The notes under the pieces: generated by a model | What the model saw: the letters and a program-made list of their open reading frames with translations, nothing else | The model's database searches: none | What the model was told of the DNA's origin: nothing | Origin: Octopus bimaculoides | Taxonomy: Eukaryota | Length of the DNA: 64,000 nt | NCBI RefSeq assembly: GCF_001194135.2 | Contig: NC_068997.1 | Location: forward strand, 16,294,967 to 16,358,966 | Reading direction: 5' to 3' | In this document: positions 12,467 through 26,375 of the stretch, in pieces | Numbering within the stretch: the stretch's first letter is position 1 | Layout: each line of letters begins with the position of its first letter | Position numbers and translations under genes: made by a program

Positions 12467-14928
12467 ATGTTTTGCCTTCATATATGTATGTGTGTTTATA
12501 TCTGCTGTGTGTGTGTATGCGAGAGGGAGAGAGATAGACAGAAAGAATTATACACATCTAACTATGTTTATATAGTTATATGCATATCTGTGTCTATGTA
12601 TATGGGTGTGTATGCTGTATTATGTTCCAATCTTAGTCATTCTAATTTGCTTTTAACACAAATTCTGTCTTACTAAATATGATACTTGCATGTCTCCAAC
12701 ATTCTAAGCACCCTGGACAGATGGTGTGTGCAAATTGTGTTAAGAGATTATTAAGACTAACACTGTTGGATATCAACCTCTAAGGTATGGACATAATGTT
12801 ATTCATACAGGTGGTATAAATCACTGATATTTGTTAAGATAGCACTTCAGTGATGTAAGGACTATTAAAACCTCTAGTGAAATGCACATTCATGAGTAGA
12901 AACAGTATTATAATCGTTTACTATGCAATATCATTACATGAGTGTGTACATGCATATATATATACACACACACACAGATATATATATATATATATGTTTC
13001 TATGCTTTTGTGTGTATATGTATGTATATTTTCCAGCGGTGGTGTTGGTGGGTGACAAGTTCGAAAAGAAACTATGTCCGGTCACTTAGAATAAATTACT
13101 CGGAGATGAGTCTGAGAGTAAATAAAATATTATTTAAAAGTATTTCACCATAGGCAAAAAGAGAATACATTTTGTTGGACTAATAATGATTGTGGATTAA
13201 ATATTTCTCACTCATATACACACACACACACACTTGTATATATTTTTATGTACACGTGTGTGTATCAATACATAGATAGATAGATAGATCGATATGCATA
13301 TATGTATGTTTGTATGAATATGTGTGTGTGTGTGTGTGTATTTTTCACCTGAAATGCTATGCATCTAGTCCCCTTTGTGTGTTATATAGTATTTGTTTTA
13401 GAGTAACTCTGTTGTATTTGCTATGGCATGTCCAGTTTCTATATGCTGGTAATTTTTCTTTACGCCTTGAGAGACTAGTTAGTAGATAGCTAGAGTTTGA
13501 TTTCTAGGGTCTAATTCAATGGGCCATGACCTACCTTAACTACTGACATACCTCAGAAACTATTTGATTACTGCATTTGGTGTTTGAACAACATCTGATA
13601 ACATTAGAAACTTAATCCCTGACTTTCAACCAAAAAAGACACCATACCTAGACTTTGTGATTGAACTTAGACATTAAAATGTTAAGACACTTTCCCATTC
13701 TACTAAAGCCTTAAGCCAACACCTTATTCATTAAAGTTTTTCCTCCTGTGTTTGTCCTGATAGATAGTTCATCGTAACTGCAATAGATACATGTTTATGT
13801 ACATACACATGTGCATACATACATATATATTTGTGTTTGTGTGTATATATATATGTATGAATGTGCACTCTATTTTTGTTTTGTAAATAAACATCATGTA
13901 AAAAGCAAAATTTTGCTTGAATATATATTTATAGGCTAATTATATTTTTTAATTTTCATTAACTCTAAATATCAGAGACAACTTCACACGACGAACACAT
14001 TAAGACATGGTATTCATGCAGTTCCATAGCAAATGAAGTTATTTCTTGCGATATATATCGATACAACAGTTTGTTTATTATAGATTTGTTTAGAGAACCA
14101 GACTCAATGCATTGCAGTGTTTAGTGAGTTCAAATCCTGGCATGGTTGGTTCACTAAAGTAAATTATCTGAGAAATTTAGGGGTCAGTACAAAGAACAGA
14201 ATAGTTTGCTGCCTTGGCCTTGTGCCTATACGGGGGTGGAGGGGGNNNNNNNNNNNNNNNNNNNNNNNNNNNNNNNNNNNNNNNNNNNNNNNNNNNNNNN
14301 NNNNNNNNNNNNNNNNNNNNNNNNNNNNNNNNNNNNNNNNNNNNNNNNNNNNNNNNNNNNNNNNNNNNNNNNNNNNNNNNNNNNNNNNNNNNNNNNNNNN
14401 NNNNNNNNNNNNNNNNNNNNNNNNNNNNNNNNNNNNNNNNNNNNNNNNNNNNNNNNNNNNNNNNNNNNNNNNNNNNNNNNNNNNNNNNNNNNNNNNNNNN
14501 NNNNNNNNNNNNNNNNNNNNNNNNNNNNNNNNNNNNNNNNNNNNNNNNNNNNNNNNNNNNNNNNNNNNNNNNNNNNNNNNNNNNNNNNNNNNNNNNNNNN
14601 NNNNNNNNNNNNNNAAAAAAAAAAAACATCCCTTATAAATAAAAAGAAAGAAAAATAATATGAAATTGAGATATAAATAAATAAAATCTCTGAATTTCCC
14701 CTTACCTCCCTCGACCCCCTAATTTGACTCAGTTCATTTCGTCTCATCTCACCTCTTCTCATCTTGTTCATTCAAGGATGTAGTAATTTGCATAAACCGA
14801 TTTTGAATTCTTTCTGCTATCCATTTCCCTATCTTTCTGAAGCGATTATACTTGCATTTACACATGCACATAGCCACAAAGTTAGTGTACTCGTATGCGT
14901 GTGTACACACACATGCACACACACACAT

Positions 14929-14964
<36 letters not shown>

Positions 14965-16141
14965 CGTGGATATAAATAAATATTTGAACTAAGAAAGAAT
15001 AATAACAACAACAACAGCAACATCATCAATAAAATATTAAAATAAAACTGATTGAAAATACATTAAAAATAGATTTAGAAGGAAAGACTTGTGTAGGTAT
15101 TTGCCCTTTCCATAGAATTTGCTAAAGAAATTAAGAAGAAAAACAACAGTAGCTGTTGTAGTAGAGATCTATTTTTGTACTTCTTTCAGATGGTGGTTCT
15201 TTCTCAAAGTTCTTCAGGCAATAAAAGATTTGTTAATTCTGTTTCACTTCTTCCATTACTACATTTACCACACACATAATAATAATGATGATGATGATGA
15301 TAGTAATGAAGTCACCGCCCTCATCCTGTCTGCTATTGCGACATCTACAGTCACAAACATAACCATAGCTACCACTAGTTGCCAAAGACAGCCCCTCACA
15401 AACCTATGACCGTCACAACTACACACCACCATGTTACATGTTCCACTGATGTTGCCACCAGCTAACACCGAACATTATTCTTACAATCAATATTACCAAC
15501 AAAACGATGACGACTACCACCACCATAACTACTACTCCTAGTACAACTTCATCCTTCCATTATCTTCACTACTGGTGCTTCTACTACTACTATTAATAAT
15601 AATAATAATAATAACCCTAACACCACCAGTGCATTTGAAACCACAACTGCTAAAACTAGCACCACTACAACTGATACTACTTGCACCTCTGTCAATTCTA
15701 CCACTTACTGCCACCATTACTTCTACCATCACTACAAATAAAACAACAATCACAACCACTATCCTCAACATCATCGTCTTAAGGACTGTAGCAAAATATT
15801 TCAATTAGCGCACACACACACACACACACACTCTATCCATCTTTACTCCCCAAGATTCAAAAACCAGCTTCCTCCCTTAACCTCCACCTCCCGTCCTCAC
15901 TATTTTTGTTCTCATTCCATAATTTGTCTGTTAGTAATTCTTATTTTCCACCCTAAGCCATTCCTTTGCCTAAAATAACCTAAAAGAAAAAAACAAAAAA
16001 ACAAACAAACAAACAAAAAACTGCCCCACTCTAAAAGCAACAATAACAACAATATAAAATATCTTAACAGTCCACGTTTGATAACAACTATTTTTGTGAG
16101 TCTGTGTATGTGTGTGTGTGTGTGTGCATGCATGCACGTAG

Positions 16142-16172
<31 letters not shown>

Positions 16173-16419
16173 CACATGTGTGTATATTTTGGCAATTTAT
16201 AATTTGTTGTGTATGAAACGGATACTTTTCTGTTCTGCCTTTATTTATTTTTTTTTTTTTTCAAATAAATGCTTTTTCTTGTGATATGTTGTTTTCTTTA
16301 TCTTATACACATATACACAACACATACATACGTATTCTCTCTTTCTCTCTCTCTTTCACACATGTGCACTCACACACACACACACACAAAGTGGAGGAGT
16401 GAAGGCTTTCGCATTGCTG

Positions 16420-17700
16420 AAATAAAGTACTCTGGACTTTAGGAGTAGATTTAACAATATAGATTTTACTTCTGACTGTTTCTCTAAGAACAACTTGTTC
16501 AACCTGACTCCATAAGATAGTTCTTTTTTTGGAACAGTGGATCTCAAAGCACATGAAACAATAAAAACGTGTAAATCCTGGGTTTAAAAACCCTTTGGAC
16601 TGAAAAAGTCAGAAGCCCTTTACTAATTCTCACTTACAGCCTCCATGTAAATAGTTTGTGTGGCTCAGACAATCCATACCTTTTCTTTGTGACTTCTAAA
16701 CTATAGAGTACAGTACTCTATCAAAGCTCTTCTCCAGGTTGACAAATGCTAGATATAATGGCTTGTTCTTTGCTAACACATTTTCTTAGACAGTTGCTTC
16801 ACTTCAGAAAGAACACCAGTAGTATCTTTTTCAAGCCCAGAACCCAAGTCAATATCATTAAAGCTAAATCTCTTCTTAATCCATTTTTGCTCAAACTCTT
16901 CCTGTTACATTAATAGCTTGGTTCATTGATTTAATATCACTAGTTGCTTCTTTATAGAGTATTTCTTTTGTGTTTGAAGCAACAGATGGTCATACTTCTA
17001 CACGCCACTCTTTGGGTATGACATTTTGTGCTCAATGACAATTGTGTTCTCAACTGTACTGGCTATTTTCCAGTTATTGTACTGGCTATTTTCAGTATCT
17101 CACTGCTTTCCCTGATGGTCCAACTGGTTTCCATTAATTGCAGTTTTCATGATATAATTGTCAACTTCAATAACTGGCTCTTTTTTGGTGGTGGTGGTGG
17201 GGGGGTGTCTACGTGGACTAATCCCCTTTCCAAGTAACATTTCAGATTTTTTTTTTTCTCAGTATCTGTGAAGGCAAGGGATCTGCTGCCATGCTCCCCT
17301 GTCTTTTTTCACACTTTGTAGTCAGCATACCTTACACCAGCGATCCTTAGTTGCAAAACTTCAGCAAACCTTTCTCCCATACTGTGAACACTTGAAATAT
17401 AGGCTCTGTTTTGGCTACAAGATATTGTATGCTTGGGTTTCTTTCATTGTCTTTACAAGCTTGTCTTTTAACTTTTATAGTTCCACCTTTGTAATCTTAC
17501 TCTATCTACATGTCTGGTCTATGATTTACAGCAGGTTGTCACCGTCTACAAATTCCTAGTTATCCTCTATGTTGTACATCTCTGTCCTCTTTCCTTCTCT
17601 TATGTGTCAACTAATAAGTCTTCAATGCTACATCTGACTGAAGGATCTTCCAGCTTCCACACTTTCCTTCTCTAGATTGCATTCTTTCTGAGTCCATCTA
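16420..17700 (-). mobile_element. Decayed RTE-clade LINE, reverse transcriptase region
   Basis: Minus strand translates to LAKNKPLYLAFVNLEKSFDRV (~16715-16775; RT motif FVDLEKAFDRV), with degenerate KPVGPSG (KAPGPDG-like) and PKEW upstream and KVWKLEDP near 17.65 kb; many stops and frameshifts. Confidence 0.85.
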
Positions 17701-17940
17701 TTGCAAAAACTAGTATGTATGTATGTATAATNNNNNNNNNNACATACACAAAAATTAACTACTAAAGAGGATAGTTGAAAAGAGGAGATCATAAAAACGA
17801 AATAGATCAATTTTGCCATTAGCTTTGTCAGTTTAGTGAAGCAAATTAGTTACTTCCATTAGAATATTCATATCTATAAAGAACACTACTCGCTGCCTAA
17901 TACTGGGTAACTAGCAGAATTATTATTCTCTCTACTTTCC

Positions 17941-17984
<44 letters not shown>

Positions 17985-18414
17985 TGCTATGTGGTAGAAT
18001 ACACTTTGGTTAGATCTGCTCTGCAATAGACTTTAATCTCTATTCTACTCTTCACATTGTTGTATATCTTTTTGTTCTCTGTCTGTTATCTATCTCTGTA
18101 TATCTTACCATCCAGTCTCTGTGCCACTGATATTGCTATTATTAAGTACAGAAATAAGAGATTATCATCAATATTATTATTATTATTATTATTATTGTTA
18201 TTAATTAAGAGTTGTGGAATTAGCTTCGTTTTGGTGAGTACTAAACTAAACCTATCATAGTATTTTAGTAGGGTTCTAAAGTTTTTACTACATTGGTGAT
18301 GCCGGTGATGGTAGGGGTAACATTTGGCGGAAGGGGGGGGGGTGTTCAGCTGTGTAAGGCAATAGGGTTTGCTAATTTTAAAGAACGCAGACAGATAAAA
18401 TATTGGTTTTGAGT

Positions 18415-18610
18415 TTTGGCACAAGGCCAGCAATTTTGAAAGTGAGGTAAGCCAATTTGCATCTGGACCAGTACAAAACTGGTTCTAATTTATTGACCCT
18501 GAAAGTATAAAAGCAAAGTTAACTTCAGTGGGATTTGAACTCAGCACTCAAAAAATGATTAAATGCCACTAACCATTTTGCCTGGTGTGCTAACACTTCT
18601 GCCAGTTCAC
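18415..18610 (-). mobile_element. Family A SINE, CpG-decayed
   Basis: TTTATTGACCCTGAAAG...GGATTTGAACTCAG...GCTAACACTTCTGCCAGTTC is the reverse complement of the family consensus. Confidence 0.8.
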
Positions 18611-19437
18611 TACTTTCCAGACAGATGAAATATTAAGATACNNNNNNNNNNNNNNNNNNNNNNNNNNNNNNNNNNNNNNNNNNNNNNNNNNNNNNNNNNN
18701 NNNNNNNNNNNNNNNNNNNNNNNNNNNNNNNNNNNNNNNNNNNNNNNNNNNNNNNNNNNNNNNNNNNNNNNNNNNNNNNNNNNNNNNNNNNNNNNNNNNN
18801 NNNNNNNNNNNNNNNNNNNNNNNNNNNNNNNNNNNNNNNNNNNNNNNNNNNNNNNNNNNNNNNNNNNNNNNNNNNNNNNNNNNNNNNNNNNNNNNNNNNN
18901 NNNNNNNNNNNNNNNNNNNNNNNNNNNNNNNNNNNNNNNNNNNNNNNNNNNNNNNNNNNNNNNNNNNNNNNNNNNNNNNNNNNNNNNNNNNNNNNNNNNN
19001 NNNNNNNNNNNNNNNNNNNNNNNNNNNNNNNNNNNNNNNNNNNNNNNNNNNNNNNNNNNNNNNNNNNNNNNNNNNNNNNNNNNNNNNNNNNNNNNNNNNN
19101 NNNNNNNNNNNNNNNNNNNNNNNNNNNNNNNNNNNNNNNNNNNNNNNNNNNNNNNNNNNNNNNNNNNNNNNNNNNNNNNNNNNNNNNNNNNNNNNNNNNN
19201 NNNNNNNNNNNNNNNNNNNNNNNNNNNNNNNNNNNNNNNNNNNNNNNNNNNNNNNNNNNNNNNNNNNNNNNNNNNNNNNNNNNNNNNNNNNNNNNNNNNN
19301 NNNNNNNNNNNNNNNNNNNNNNNNNNNNNNNNNNNNNNNNNNNNNNNNNNNNNNNNNNNNNNNNNNNNNNNNNNNNNNNNNNNNNNNNNNNNNNNNNNNN
19401 NNNNNNNNNNNNNNNNNNNNNNNNNNNNNNNNNNNNN

Positions 19438-19490
<53 letters not shown>

Positions 19491-20949
19491 TATTTAATTT
19501 AAAGTAAAATGATATTAACTGTATATTCCTGCAATTATTACATGATTTCTGTAAATGTGAACTGTAGCTATAGGAGATATATGCACTATATTTTCTAGTT
19601 TGGCAGTAGTAGCTTTTTTTTTTTAGTTCATATTTGACTGAGGGAGACGTAGCATTTCATCTGCTTGTAGTCAAAATACTTATTTATATCACAATATTTA
19701 TTTCATTGAATATTCTGCCAAATGTGAGGTCTTGTGCAAGTGTGAAATATCATTATTAATAAACAGATTATTTTGATTGTTATTATTTACTCTGAAATTG
19801 GAGAAGGCTAAAAATGATAGATTACTAGATATATAATATTTTGGGATATATAGTTACACCTTTATGTTCAAATCCCACCAGAGTTAATTTGCCCATTATT
19901 CCTTTGGGCTTTGATATAACAAACAGCAATTGAATACTGGAATTGAATCAACTACACTTCTCACATTCCAATTTGTGGTCTTCAAAAACTTTAAAAATCC
20001 TTATTAATTTATGATTTTAATTTCAATTTAGTGTTTTAAATTCACTGTTTCCTTGCTATCTAAAGGAAATTCTATCTATCCCCTTTATACTTGATCCCAT
20101 GTTCGTGAAATTTGGCAGATGTAAACTACAGTAGCGCATCGTGTGTGTGTGTATGAAGCCCATATCAATCATAAACCGCTTTAACTGCAGCCTCAAACAA
20201 CCCAAATGGGAGTCTAACCAATTGATTGACAACCAAATGAGTAGCAAAGCTTTCCAGGAAAATACAGAGTATCATTTCTCCTTTCTTATTTACACTTATG
20301 TGTACACATACTCTCACACTATATCTCTGTGGATGTAAAGCAATACTCATTTCCTACCAATAGGAAAAAAACAAAAACAAAACAAAAGATTTCAAATGTA
20401 TTTCCATACTAGCAAATTCTAGGTATCATTCTAATCTGATTCATTTTGCCTAAAATAACAAATCTCTCAACACTCTATTCTTTTTTTTTTTTTCGCTCAC
20501 ACAAGCACAAACCTCTGAGCACAAACAGAAGAAGCATCCTCCTGACAAAAATATGTTAAGTGTAGAGAACATGTTCACTTGATATCTATCTCTGGGTCTA
20601 AGATTCAAAGTTGGGAATAAATTCTTGGAGAATGTGCTGTGTGTTATGCAAATGTATATATGTATAATTTTCACACACACACACACATATATGCAAACAT
20701 ATGTATACGTGTAACATGCAACTCCAAACAATTGTACTTTTTACATTCAGTGTCTATCTATTTTGTACTAAAAGTAAACTAAATCATTTAAAATGTAACA
20801 TTTTTATGAAGAAAACTCATACTCAGGAAAATAAAAGACTTTGCAACCTTCACACATCCGAGAGACTCCAAATCCTTTTTGCCTAGGCATCCATTTTTTG
20901 CTAGCACCCAGTACGAATCTCTTCTTACCAACGTGAAATTTGTTTGAAT

Positions 20950-21434
20950 TTTGGATATTTCAATGCCATTTGCATGTCCAAATGGGTAATACAACATTAC
21001 AGTTCTTCTGACCTACAATGTTTCTAGTCTAACCACCTCCTGAGTCCACTCTTAACAAATACTCACATAAGATATCATCTCGCAAACACCATTTATATGA
21101 CTTTTTGACAATTCAGACCCATTCGGTGTACAAATAGATAAAATTACACTATAATCTCATAAACCTTATTGTATAAAAAGTTCAAAACTTCACACATTGA
21201 GGACAACTTCTGCTTCTTACTCCAGCTTGCACATTTTTCTTTCCTTCACTCATATAAAGTTAGTAAAGTTCTCTTCTCATCGAAATTAAGCCTATCATTC
21301 CTATTGTTTCTTACTCTGTAAGAACATGTGACTCTATTTGCGATTTTTCTAACTTACAATCTTTCAGTTATTAACGTCAACGTCTAATCCTAACAACTCG
21401 TTTTATACACATTTATACATGTCCTTTCACCTAC

Positions 21435-21474
<40 letters not shown>

Positions 21475-22320
21475 TTTGTGTTTTTTAAAATACGTTTTTG
21501 GAGATTTGCATTTCTGTAGCATTATGTAATATTCATCATATTTCTTTCATATATATTTCTGCTGCTTCTTACAGTTTGCAGATGTACTCTTAAGGGTTTC
21601 TATTCAATGCTCAAATTTGCTACCCTATTCTAATTGTTTTCATTACATGGTTACATATTGTCCTATCTTAATGCACTTCCATTGAAACAGGCCTATTTAC
21701 CTTATACGTATGTATTAAAATTGGACATTGTTTTCTAATCTCTTATTTCTTTTGTATTTTTATGTTCTTATATTTTTCTTTTATACCTGTCTTAGCTATG
21801 TCCCTTTTTGTCTTAGTTCCTCGCACTCTGATAGTTCACATATCAAGACAAAAGTGCAGTTTTCACTCTTTTCTACTGTTTTTCAACATCATCGCATTTA
21901 ATGAATATTTATGTTTTTCTTAGACTCTATTCCTAATATCCTCAATTTAACGAGTTCTGTTATACACCCATTTAACCTAATTTGCCCTCTTCACAAACTA
22001 TTATCATTTTCACAGTTATGGTTTCCTTCTCAGCTCTAGTTTATATATTGCTATTCTTTATGATTATTTTTCCTAATCTGTCTTTACTTATACAACAGAT
22101 ACGATAACTTTAACAATTCCTTTGATGTCTGCTGTAGCCTAACTCATTTCAGATAATTTCACAACTTTTCATTCAACGAAATTTTATAATCTTCTAATTC
22201 ATCTATAACTTTTACTGTTTAATACTCCATAATTTACTAGTGGTCTAAAATTTAACCCTAACTTGGAATTTGTTAGTAACTTAGCAGATTAAACATTCCT
22301 ATTAGTTATTTCCCCCATAT
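20950..22320 (-). mobile_element. Highly decayed L1/Tx1-like LINE 3' portion
   Basis: Minus strand ~22.1-22.27 kb reads KLGLNF...NYG...*KVVKLSEMS*ATADIKGIVKVIVSVV, similar to the post-RT LGV.F...NW...W...LSL.GR...VK block of L1/Tx1; a degenerate Cys motif (KMCKLE*EAE) lies near 21.2 kb. Confidence 0.5.
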
Positions 22321-22346
22321 TTATATATGCTCAAGATGATTTTTAA

Positions 22347-22715
22347 AAAAATTGGACAGCTGTGTGGTAAGTAGCTTGCTTACCAACCACATGGTTCTGG
22401 GTTCAGTCCCACTGTGTGGCACCTTGGTCAAGTGTCTTCTACTATAGCCTCAGGCCGACCAAAGCCTTTTGAGTGGATTTGGTAGACGGAAACTGAAAGA
22501 AGCCTGTCTTATATATGTATGTGTGTATATGTTGTGTATCTGTGTTTGTCCCCCCAACATCGCTTGACAGCTAATGCTAGTGTGTTCGGTTCGGCAAAAA
22601 GAGACCAATAGAATAAGTACTAGGCTTACAAAGAATAAGTCCTGGGGTCGATTTGATTCGACTAAAGGCAGTGCTCCAGCATGGCCGCAGTCAAATGACT
22701 GAAACAGGTAAAAGA
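22347..22715 (+). mobile_element. tRNA-derived SINE, family B (longer, internal TG tract)
   Basis: Head AGCTGTGTGGTAAGTAGCTTGC...GGTTCAGTCCCACTG; tail GGGGTCGATTTGATTCGACTAAAGGCAGTGCTCCAGCATGGCCGCAGTCAAATGACTGAAAC, which I recall as a common Octopus repeat. Confidence 0.8.
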
Positions 22716-22778
22716 GTAAAGTAGAGAGAGAGATGTAATGGTAGGATTTGAAGGATTGTAGGGTGCTGTTTCTTGTAG

Positions 22779-22817
22779 GTTGAACAACTATATAGGTTTT
22801 CCTTACTCGCACTGTGG
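22779..22817 (+). other. Candidate 39-nt microexon
   Basis: Acceptor TGCTGTTTCTTGTAG|, donor TGG|GTGAGT; open as VEQLYRFSLLALW (phase 0) or LNNYIGFPYSHC (phase 2). Motif evidence only. Confidence 0.3.
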
Positions 22818-25800
22818 GTGAGTCTGTAGTCATTACATCTACCTTCAAAATAATCATTTTTAACTGTAATAAAAGGTCTCAGAGTTGTCAGAAAGGTGTG
22901 GTTGATTAAATCTACATCAGTCATTACCTGATACTTATGAAGTTCTCGGAACATTGAGAAACAAATCTGGCCTTGGTGGAATTCAAACGCAAAATGCAAA
23001 AAAGGGAAGCAACTAAGTTTTGCAAAGTATTTTGTCCCCCCCACACACACACACTCAACCAATTCTCCCATCTAGCATAAGATAATGTTTGTTTTTTATA
23101 GTTGTAGTTGTTATTAGTCAGCAACAACAGTAAATAACTGGAATAAAGTAAGCATGTTCGTCAATTGTGGATTTGTTTCGTTACCTGCAGCAAGTCTTTC
23201 CAAGTTCTAAACTATAAAATATTCTTTAGTTAATGGTCTATAGAGATGGAAATATTAAGACTCAAAAAAGTGGCTATTCTTAATAATTTTTTTCAAGGGA
23301 TTATGTTCCAAATTCTGATGCAAAATTATTGAGCTTATTTCTCTTAAATGCCTTTATCCTGAAGTCTCTCCCCAACTATAGGTTATTTTTTTTTTTCCTT
23401 TTTTCTTTCACTTTATAGCTATTACTACAGCTATTTTTTTAAAACCATTTCGGCTAATTTTTATTATTTAAATTTCTTATACATTTCTTGCTAGTTATTC
23501 CTTCCTCGTTTTCTAGATTTCTTTAATTTTTTTTTTATACTTTTTTTACCTTATTCCTTTCATTTCATTTTGTTCTTTTTATCTTTTCAAATATGATTTA
23601 ACTTAGTTCCTTTCTTTTGTTTTATTAATTTATTTCTCTTTTCTTCTCCATCCTTAATTTTTTTTTTTTTTCCTTCCATCTTCCTACATCTGATCATTAT
23701 TAAGATTTTGTTGTTACTTCCTTGTTTTTATTTTCTAGTATTAATATTATCCCTGTTATTAATATCATCATCATCATCATCATTATTATTATTATTATTA
23801 TTATTGCTTTATAACTTTTTGCGTTCTGCAACATACTTGTCTTCTTGTTCGCCTTACCATACAAACTCTTGTTTCCTGCTTCTTCCTCATTTGCCAAAAT
23901 TACATTTTAAAACATGAAAGTTTGCACTTTTATGTGTGCAATGCAAGTCTCTCTCTCTATTATTATTATTATTATTATTTTCTCCATTGATTCTTCTTTT
24001 CTTTTTCTTTCTTGTAATCTTATTTCCACTTCTATTATCATCATCATCATTATCATATGTTTGTTGCTTGTTCAGTAACCACCCACCCTGCTTCTTAGAG
24101 TTGCTTACCATTTTCCAGTGGCATCAAGCATTTCAGTAACCCCCCCCCCCTCTTCCTCCTCCACCTCCCCCAACCACCACGCTACTTATAACTTCTCTGC
24201 AAAAACATATGAAAAATAAAAAATAAAAAGACAAAAAAAACCCCTAAATAGGATAAAATTTAATACAAAAAAAATGTTAAAACAAGACTAAGCCAAAAAA
24301 CATAATTCTATAAATTGTTAGTTACTCCTCCCACAATCCACCTTTAATTTCTTGGGGGAGAATGTATTTGTGTTTTTGTGTGTGNNNNNNNNNNTCTTTT
24401 ACTCTTTCTCTCTTCAAATATCTATGTAAAAAAAAAAAAAAATCAATAACTGAATGAATGAAATGAATGGATGGAGAAATTAAGAAAGAAATTGTTAAAG
24501 TTTCTTTCAGAATTTTCATCTCATTCGATTAGAGATTTTATTTATTTAATTTCTGAGTTTATGTTTTTTTTCCTCTTCTTTTTGCAATTTCTTGTTTTGT
24601 TTTGTTTTGTTTTTTTATTATTTTCTTTTTTAATCTCAATTCCACTAATGGAATGTACTTGTGGCTAGAATCATTCTTGGATACATAGACAGATATATTT
24701 GTAGGCTTTGTGAAAAGTTGGTGTCTGTGTGTATGTGAGTGTGATGTGTGTGCAAACATGCGCAATTCAGTATGTGTGTGTGTGTGTGTTTGTGTGTGTA
24801 TACATATATATATATAATATATGTATATATATAATATATATATATATATGTATGTATGTATGTATGTATATATGAACACAACACACAAACATGCAGTGAC
24901 TGTTCTACAAATTTAGATTCGCATAGAATTTATTTATTATTTTTGTTTTTATTGAGCCAGTGGAATTAGCAAACTAGATTTTTCACATTCAATATTATCA
25001 TTTTCACATAACTCAAACACATACATACTAGCATATATTAATATGCTGAGCAGGACTCTGACAGGCATGCTCACATGCGCATGCACAGATATTATATATA
25101 TATATATACACACAAAGCAGGCATTAAATGATGATGATGTGTGTGTGTGTGTATATACTGTTAAATACAAACTTGCAAGCACACACACACAAACAGGTAT
25201 TAAACTAATGCTTTTTTTTAACTGATGGTAACAAGATTTTCTTTTTAAATGGCTCGGCACAAACCTATTTTTTCAGAGAGGTGCAAATGTATTTCTTGTA
25301 CTGTCTCCCAAAGGAATAAACAGCAAAGACTACTTAAAGATGTTGAATACATGCATACATGTATGTATGTGTATACAAGAATATACACACATTTACACAT
25401 ATTTGTATAAATGTATTTGTACTTATCTATGCATGTGTGCACACACACCACACATTCATATTTATCTATACAGATATATCTATCCGTGTATGTATATATA
25501 TATATATACATACACCTGTGTGTATTTGTGTATGCATGTGTTTATATATATATCAATGTGTAAAAACAAAACATTCTACAAATTCAAGGGACCTTTTTTT
25601 TTCAAAGCCTTTGTGAGAGGTGTATTAAACATTCTAGTGGAAGTACCTGTTCTAGTTTACATTGTCTGTAGACACACTCCTGCTGCTTCATTTGATTTTC
25701 ACGACTGCAACATCAGCATCACCATCTGTCATGTTGTGTCGAATTAATACAGTTTAGTTTGCTGGTAAAATATCGGAGTGTGATGAGATGACTAATTAGT

Positions 25801-26229
25801 TCAACCTGAATTGCTATTTTTGGTAGTGGTGGTGTTATGGCTGTAAAGATGGTGATATTTTGACACAGGTATCATTGGGGACGAAGCAGATGCCTTTTGT
25901 GTGTCTGTGATTTTAGTTAAGTTTTAGATATTTATAGTAAAGTACCTCTACCTTGATCAGTATATCATTCTTCTATAGATTTTGCTTTTTATATATGTAT
26001 ATATTTTACTTGTTAATTACACATACATTTTCATTGATAAAATAGCTGCAATAATTTGTTTTCAGTACTAAATATTTTGGACTATTAACTATATAGCTAA
26101 ATGAAATATTGCTAGTTCACTTTCTTGTTTCTTCTGGTCAGTGGTGTGTGCGTGTGTAATATATTGAGTATACAGTTTGTCGATGTTTAAGTCCACTGCC
26201 AACCCTGATTCAACTAGCATATAATCAAA

Positions 26230-26375
26230 GATATTCTTGATGTGACGAAACTGTTGTGTTAGGACTAAGCAAGATAACATTATCCAATGTGCCTTTCCCA
26301 TTTTTTTAAAGACTGTAAGGTGATTTGGTTGCTTTTTCTAGCAAGCCACATAACTGCATAAAGGCTCCCTTCATC
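26230..26375 (-). repeat. Family C repeat, inverted copy
   Basis: GTAAGGTGATTTGGTTGCTTTTTCTAGCAAG matches the reverse complement of the 590-720 motif. Confidence 0.45.
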
